From NCBI GenBank assembly GCA_963759805.1, contig CAVXAT010000005.1, positions 1 to 64,000 on the forward strand: a stretch of 64,000 nt of DNA. Direction: 5' to 3'. Below are positions 58,569 to 64,000 of the stretch, in pieces (positions within the stretch are counted from its first letter, which is position 1; the number at the start of each line of letters is the position of its first letter). The notes below the pieces were generated by a model. That model saw only the letters and a program-made list of their open reading frames with translations. It had not been told where the DNA came from and did no database searches. The translations under genes and the position numbers were made by a program. This DNA comes from an uncultured bacterium. Its GTDB lineage: Bacteria; Babelota; Babeliae; Babelales; RVW-14.

Positions 58569-59609
58569 ATGAAGAGTAACAGATTGTCTTTGCTTATTAA
58601 GGGATCTGCTCTGATTCTAACGGTTAGTTTACTTCCAGGTTGCAAATATTTGGATTTCTTTAAAAAGAAAGAGGCTGAAAAAACCGAAACGGCTGAGGCA
58701 AAAGCAGCTGATGAGGGATTGGTACTTTGTTCTATCAATGGAAAAGCTGTAATCAAGAAAAGTGATTTCGATAAACGTGTAACACAGATGCTTCAAGCCA
58801 ACCCATACTTCAGGGGTGCCGGCGCAGATATGCTTCCATTAAATGTAAAACGTAAATTCCTAGATAGACTGGTTGAAGAAGAGCTCTTTGTACTTGATGC
58901 AGACAAACAGAATATTGAAAGAGAAGCCGAATTTCAAAAGAACCTCAAGGAGATGGTTGACCTTGTAACCCGTTCTCTTAAGATCCAGTTCAGAGAAAAG
59001 AAAATTTACGATGAAACAAAAGTGGCAGAAGACCAAGCCAAAAAATACTTTGAAGAACATAAATCCCAGTACGTAAAAGTAGCAGGCGGAACACTCACAA
59101 GTGGTATCAAATTTGATACAGACACCGCTGCAAACACTTTCTTGGCAAAGGCAAAAGCAAGCGTAAATGACTTTGAGAAGCTTGCAAAACAGACAAAATC
59201 CGGCAAATTCAGAGAATTTGGCAGAGTAGGACAAGAAGCAACCAATAATCAGAATATGGGAATGGAAGCAGTTCCAGCTCCTATTAAAGAAGCGGTACTT
59301 GCACTGCATAATTTACCAGCAATAGAAAAAGTAAAAGTTGGTAAAGAGATCTGGGTTGTTAAGGCATCTGATAAAAAAGATTCAGTCTTCTTTGATTTTG
59401 AAGAGGTAAAACCACAAGTAGAAGCAATGATCAAGAACAACGAATTCAGAAGCAAGCTCACATCAGAAATTGAAAAATTGAAAGCTGAATACAAAATAAC
59501 AGTCAACGAAGATTTCTTTAAAGATGTCAAACAGGCAGCAGAACAAGCAGCCGCAGGAGCAGAACAGAAACCTGAAGAAGCTCCAGCAGAAACTGCACAG
59601 GCTGCATAA
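58569..59609 (+). CDS. PrsA/SurA-like foldase lipoprotein
   Basis: LPGC lipobox, INGKAVI, FEKLAK, FEEVKPQV; degenerate parvulin. Confidence 0.75.
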   Translation: MKSNRLSLLIKGSALILTVSLLPGCKYLDFFKKKEAEKTETAEAKAADEGLVLCSINGKAVIKKSDFDKRVTQMLQANPYFRGAGADMLPLNVKRKFLDRLVEEELFVLDADKQNIEREAEFQKNLKEMVDLVTRSLKIQFREKKIYDETKVAEDQAKKYFEEHKSQYVKVAGGTLTSGIKFDTDTAANTFLAKAKASVNDFEKLAKQTKSGKFREFGRVGQEATNNQNMGMEAVPAPIKEAVLALHNLPAIEKVKVGKEIWVVKASDKKDSVFFDFEEVKPQVEAMIKNNEFRSKLTSEIEKLKAEYKITVNEDFFKDVKQAAEQAAAGAEQKPEEAPAETAQAA

Positions 59610-59624
59610 AATATGATAATCCAT

Positions 59625-59686
59625 GGATCCTGAAACCCGCCTACGCCCTGTCGTGGCTACGGCGAGGCAGGCAAGTTCAGGATGAC
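59625..59686. repeat. Type-C palindrome interrupted by a 36-bp type-B unit (59636-59671)
   Basis: GGATCCTGAAA[CCCGCCTACGCCCTGTCGTGGCTACGGCGAGGCAGG]CAAGTTCAGGATGAC. Confidence 0.8.
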
Positions 59687-59701
59687 AGGGTTCGAAAATA
59701 T

Positions 59702-59732
59702 AAAAAGGGAGTTGGTTACAACTCCCTTTTTT
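59702..59732 (+). terminator. Rho-independent terminator
   Basis: AAAAAGGGAGTTG-GTTA-CAACTCCCTTTTTT. Confidence 0.8.
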
Positions 59733-59800
59733 GTTATACTCAATTCTAGAAATTTTCGTTATTGATAGTCAAACTCAATGGAACTGCGACAGGAGAAGAG

Positions 59801-60754
59801 ATGTCTAGTTTAAGAAAAAAAAGTTTTAAAAAAGGTTATCTGTTTTGTATATTAAGTTTAATTGTTACTTTTAATAGTTTTGCAATTGAATCGACAGAAT
59901 CGACAGAATCGAAAAAACCTGCTATAGAAGCACCTGCTACAGAATTCCCCAAAAATTGGGTAATCGATAAAATAATTGTCTTGGTAAATGGAACAAAAAT
60001 TCTAAAATCAGACCTGGATAAGCCCAGAATTTCTAAAGATGGCAAAACATATAATTTAGATGAGTTAATTCAAGAAGAGCTACTTGTACAACGCTGTATA
60101 GATCGCCATATGTTACCAACTGAAACCGATGTCGACCGTCAAGTAGTAGCATTCAAGCTTCAAAATGGGTTAGGAGATCTGTCTACGGCTGACTTTGAAG
60201 AGGAACTAAAAAAATTCGGGTTCACACTAAAAGAGTATAAACTCCAAATCGGCAAATTGATTGCCTGTGAAAACATCAAGCGCATGGAGGTTACCGATAA
60301 GATTGTTGTAACATCGCAGGAAGTTGAAAATTACTATAATAACAACCCGGAAATAACACCTGAAGAGTATTATTTAAAGATGATTCCAGTAAAACAAGAA
60401 ACTCAGTCCAATCAAAACGCCAATCAAGACGAGACCAACAAAACAATTAACCCGGAGAAAAAAATCAACTTAAATCGAGCTGACACGGTTGATTTAAACT
60501 GGATCAAAAAAGAAGATCTGGACCCACGATTTGAATTTGTATTAACAATGAAAAAAGGTCAAATTTCTCAAGTCGTCAATGTTAACGATAAAGATTATGT
60601 TATCGAAGTCACCGATAAAAAAGAGAGCCGTAAAAAAATGCTAGATGAGCGGTACAGTGAGATAGAAAAACTGTTAATCAAAAAGAGACAGGAAAAACTT
60701 ATTAAGAATTTCGAAATCGATTTAAAGAAAAATTCAACAATAATTTATCTGTAA
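59801..60754 (+). CDS. SurA-like chaperone
   Basis: Signal peptide, VIDKIIVLVNG..ILKSD, DLNWI, KKGQIS. Confidence 0.75.
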   Translation: MSSLRKKSFKKGYLFCILSLIVTFNSFAIESTESTESKKPAIEAPATEFPKNWVIDKIIVLVNGTKILKSDLDKPRISKDGKTYNLDELIQEELLVQRCIDRHMLPTETDVDRQVVAFKLQNGLGDLSTADFEEELKKFGFTLKEYKLQIGKLIACENIKRMEVTDKIVVTSQEVENYYNNNPEITPEEYYLKMIPVKQETQSNQNANQDETNKTINPEKKINLNRADTVDLNWIKKEDLDPRFEFVLTMKKGQISQVVNVNDKDYVIEVTDKKESRKKMLDERYSEIEKLLIKKRQEKLIKNFEIDLKKNSTIIYL

Positions 60755-61248
60755 GAATCTACTTGAAAAATTTATATTTAGGCTAAAAAATCATTTTATC
60801 TAAAAAAATTTAATCTTGATCCTTATTTTTTTAATCGATACACCGAAACAATCAGCATATCCGACAATATTACAGTTATTTTTTTAAAAAAAGTAGAGCA
60901 TTTATCTTGAAAAATAAATTTGCATGAGCCTGCAAGCTTCCCCAAAAACAGACCCACCGCAACGCCGTCCCAATCGTACATTTAACACTGCCGCATACAA
61001 GTTACCAACAAAATTGTTGGTAACTTCATTTTCATGATGACAAATGAGCCTATTCAAAATCATTACTTTAAAATGTATCGAAACGATACATTTTAAAGAC
61101 AGCGCATCAGGTAACATTTTTGACCCGTTTTACATAATAATTACAAAAACGACACCTATTTTCATAAAATGTTGTTAGTCAAAAATGCTTAAATTTTGAA
61201 ATATAAAAATAATTTGGTAAGCTATAAAAGCTTAACTAGAGGGTTTTT

Positions 61249-62688
61249 ATGTTATTCGATAAAATATATCCGGTTACATGTCACACGGACCATGTCGGCC
61301 CTGGCTCAACCTTTGTTGCAATCAAGGGATTTAAAGACGATGGTCTAAAGTACATTCAGACTGCCATTGAAAAAGGTGCTACCAAAATTGTCCTGGATGA
61401 GTCATCACAAGTAACACACAAACAAACTGGAATCGAGTATCTCTTTGTAAAAGACACAAGAATTGCTCTGGCTGAACTTTGTGCACAGGCACTTGGAAAT
61501 CCAACAGAAAAATTAAAATTTATTGGTATTACCGGAACATCGGGCAAAACTACAACAACTTATCTTATTGATTATATTTTACGTGAAGCCGGATATAAAA
61601 CTGCGCTACTTGGATCGGTCAAAAACAGAATTTTAGACCAAGAAGAGGAAATTACTCTGACGACACAAAATAGTGACTATATCCAGATGTTTTGTGCTCA
61701 GTGTGTTAAAAAAGGTGTGCCTGTTGTCGTCATGGAAGTATCATCGCATGGGCTTGCCCTAAATCGGATTCACGGAATCAAATTTGACGTTGCGGGATTT
61801 ACAAATCTTAGCCCAGAGCATATGGATTTTCATCCCACAATGGAGCACTATCTTCAGACCAAATTGCAACTGTTTAAATATTTAAAAGATGATGGAATAG
61901 CCGTAATTAACACAGATAATCCATGGGGACTTACGGCTGCAACTGTTTTACATGACAATAATAACATAAGTAAAACCCCAAATTTTAAGATTATAACTTT
62001 TGGCCAAGCAGTACTTAACTCAAACCCAAATAACAAATTTTTTGAATTTCTGAAAAACAGCCTGCATGGCTTGAAAATCAAATTTACAAAACAGAATCAA
62101 ATAATTGAAACCAAAAAACTTCTTGGCGAATTCAATGGATACAACATTGCAATGGCGTCTCTTGCATGCAAATATTTCAATATCGCACCAGATAAAATAG
62201 CTCAAGCAATACAAAAATTTGCAGGCGTTCCGGGCAGAATGCAGTGCCATACATTGAAGAATGGCGCTCAAGCATTTGTTGATTACGCACACAAGCCCGA
62301 TGCATTTGAGAAAGTTTTAAAAAATCTTCGGCCACATACTCAAAATTTGATTGTTGTTTTTGGATGCGGTGGAAATCGTGACAAAACAAAGCGCCCTGTA
62401 ATGGGAAGCTCTGCGGCCAAATACGCTGATCTGATAATAGTCACAGACGACAATCCTCGTGATGAAGATCGTCAAACAATAGCCAATGAGATCCTGGCAG
62501 GGATATCTAAGGAAAAAATGGCTAACACTTTGTGCATTCTTGACCGCAAAGACGCCATCGAAAAGGCAGTAACTTTCGCCAAGTCCAACTCAATCATAGC
62601 AATCCTTGGCAAGGGACATGAAAATTATTACCTAATTCATGACCACAAGTATCATTTTGATGATTTTGAAGAGATAAGCAAATTTTAA
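61249..62688 (+). CDS. murE: UDP-MurNAc-tripeptide synthetase MurE
   Basis: GITGTSGKTT, MEVSSH, HMDFH, DYAH, FGCGGNRD, DNPR, GKGHE. Confidence 0.95.
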   Translation: MLFDKIYPVTCHTDHVGPGSTFVAIKGFKDDGLKYIQTAIEKGATKIVLDESSQVTHKQTGIEYLFVKDTRIALAELCAQALGNPTEKLKFIGITGTSGKTTTTYLIDYILREAGYKTALLGSVKNRILDQEEEITLTTQNSDYIQMFCAQCVKKGVPVVVMEVSSHGLALNRIHGIKFDVAGFTNLSPEHMDFHPTMEHYLQTKLQLFKYLKDDGIAVINTDNPWGLTAATVLHDNNNISKTPNFKIITFGQAVLNSNPNNKFFEFLKNSLHGLKIKFTKQNQIIETKKLLGEFNGYNIAMASLACKYFNIAPDKIAQAIQKFAGVPGRMQCHTLKNGAQAFVDYAHKPDAFEKVLKNLRPHTQNLIVVFGCGGNRDKTKRPVMGSSAAKYADLIIVTDDNPRDEDRQTIANEILAGISKEKMANTLCILDRKDAIEKAVTFAKSNSIIAILGKGHENYYLIHDHKYHFDDFEEISKF

Positions 62689-62723
62689 CTAAAACATCTT
62701 TATACTTCTTGGGGGTTGCTGTT

Positions 62724-64000
62724 ATGAAATTTAAATTAAATTTGATTTTTATCGCTATTTTCGCGCTAGCCCACTTTCTGCCCATAAGCAAACAATTATT
62801 TTCAATGGATTTAAGGTATTTTGGCGAATTACATATTCCAGGACCAAGAGAATACTACTCTGACCTTGATCTACTCAATGACAAGTTGTTGCAATCAATG
62901 ACAATTTACGGCTGTGTATCTCGCCATATGCACAGTCAAGATTTTTTTTACCTCACAAATAAATTCATACAAAATACATCCAGCCTGTATAGTAATTCAC
63001 CTTGGCTTTACAATACAAATATTAACGATCAATTAAGCAATATTTGGAAACAGAATTTCAATGGAGAAGAGGAATTAGCAATATCAACATTCCCATGTAT
63101 CGCAAAATTAATTGTGCCACAAAATACGCGTGTGGCAATTATTGGAGACATTCATGCAGAGATGAGTACAGTAAAGGCACTTTTTTACTCCCTGAAAAAT
63201 AAATATTTTCTTAATGAATTTATGCAGATGCCTGATAACTGTCGAATCATTTTTCTGGGAGATTACACGGACAGAGGTGACTACAATTTACAAGTTTTAT
63301 GTTCAATTCTAATTTTATCGGCTAAGAACCCCGACAAAGTTTTTCTACTGAAGGGAAATCATGAATCCCTCATCTCCCAAGAAAAGAGTAAAATAATAAG
63401 TGAAATTAAAGAAATCGAACGAAATGAAACGGTTGTGAATATACTGATAAGCAATATCATCAGCGTCTACGAACTAATGCCCACAGCAATGTTTCTTGGA
63501 TTTCAAGGGCAAAGACAAACACGGTTCTATCTCCTTGCACATGGTGGCCCGGACATCAGATATGATTATACTGATTTCTTAAATCTACACGAAAATCCCT
63601 GTTTCTGGATGTTAACAGCTGACGATTCTTTAAAAACGCTTCAATCACGAAAATGGTTAGAATGTATCTATAAATGCACTAGAGAATACAAAGATATTAG
63701 CAAAGAATATGAAGATGTCAGCAAAAAATGTGAAGATATCCGAAATTCATTAACATTACATATAAATGAAAGATTAGATCAAGGATTTTTATGGAATGAT
63801 ATTATAACTTATCCTTGCTCCCTTCCAGTCTTAAATAGTATACTTAGAGGAGAAACATGTATCGAATTAAATCCTAAATTTGTTCGCAATTTTTTGGAAT
63901 CTTTTGCAACTGAGAATTCAGAGATTGTCGGAGTAATTCGTGCACATCAACATTTTATGGGTAAAATCATGGCTAAAAAAGCTGGTTTAAATTTAGGGGA
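62724..64000 (+). CDS. Exported PPP-family Ser/Thr phosphatase-like metallophosphoesterase (runs off the window; absent from the ORF track)
   Basis: Manual translation from ATG 62724: signal peptide, GDIHA (63144), GDYTDRG, GNHE, HGG, LWND, IRAHQ in one frame. Confidence 0.85.
   Translation, partial: MKFKLNLIFIAIFALAHFLPISKQLFSMDLRYFGELHIPGPREYYSDLDLLNDKLLQSMTIYGCVSRHMHSQDFFYLTNKFIQNTSSLYSNSPWLYNTNINDQLSNIWKQNFNGEEELAISTFPCIAKLIVPQNTRVAIIGDIHAEMSTVKALFYSLKNKYFLNEFMQMPDNCRIIFLGDYTDRGDYNLQVLCSILILSAKNPDKVFLLKGNHESLISQEKSKIISEIKEIERNETVVNILISNIISVYELMPTAMFLGFQGQRQTRFYLLAHGGPDIRYDYTDFLNLHENPCFWMLTADDSLKTLQSRKWLECIYKCTREYKDISKEYEDVSKKCEDIRNSLTLHINERLDQGFLWNDIITYPCSLPVLNSILRGETCIELNPKFVRNFLESFATENSEIVGVIRAHQHFMGKIMAKKAGLNLG

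Noticed and set aside
60902..61165. Minus-strand 71-aa ORF or ncRNA between the surA-like gene and murE
   Set aside because: No recognisable motif or stable structure; possibly a decayed gene, but unsupported

Overview
AT-rich bacterial chromosome segment. Gene content (many signal-peptide proteins with eukaryote-type domains, ankyrin repeats, a histone-H1-like protein) suggests an intracellular parasite of eukaryotes such as Dependentiae/TM6; this is an inference, not a database match. The housekeeping backbone includes priA, clpB, mnmE, kup, ffh-rpsP-khpA-trmD-rplS, rnhB, ugd, murE and 6 tRNAs. An accessory region of about 25-50 kb follows tRNA-Gln. Highlights: (1) a set of Sec-signal effector candidates: an ankyrin plus PHO80-type cyclin, an Ariadne-like RBR E3 ligase, a cysteine-protease plus RING fusion, a cPLA2-type phospholipase and a PPP phosphatase. 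All have Met right after the apparent signal cleavage site, and two share a 34-aa leucine-heptad tag. (2) An array of single-gene units separated by a conserved 36-48 bp repeat that encodes orphan protein tails (LPTVEALRTFDW), suggesting recombinase-driven cassette accretion. (3) A family of roughly 30-45 bp palindromic mini-elements that insert without target duplication into other palindromes, in frame into genes, and at tRNA-Ser 3' ends next to a GIY-YIG nuclease gene. (4) An IS3-family element with two orfA genes splitting a beta-helix gene. Several single-base frameshifts, mostly in the first 6.5 kb, may be assembly errors. All family assignments are by motif recognition only.
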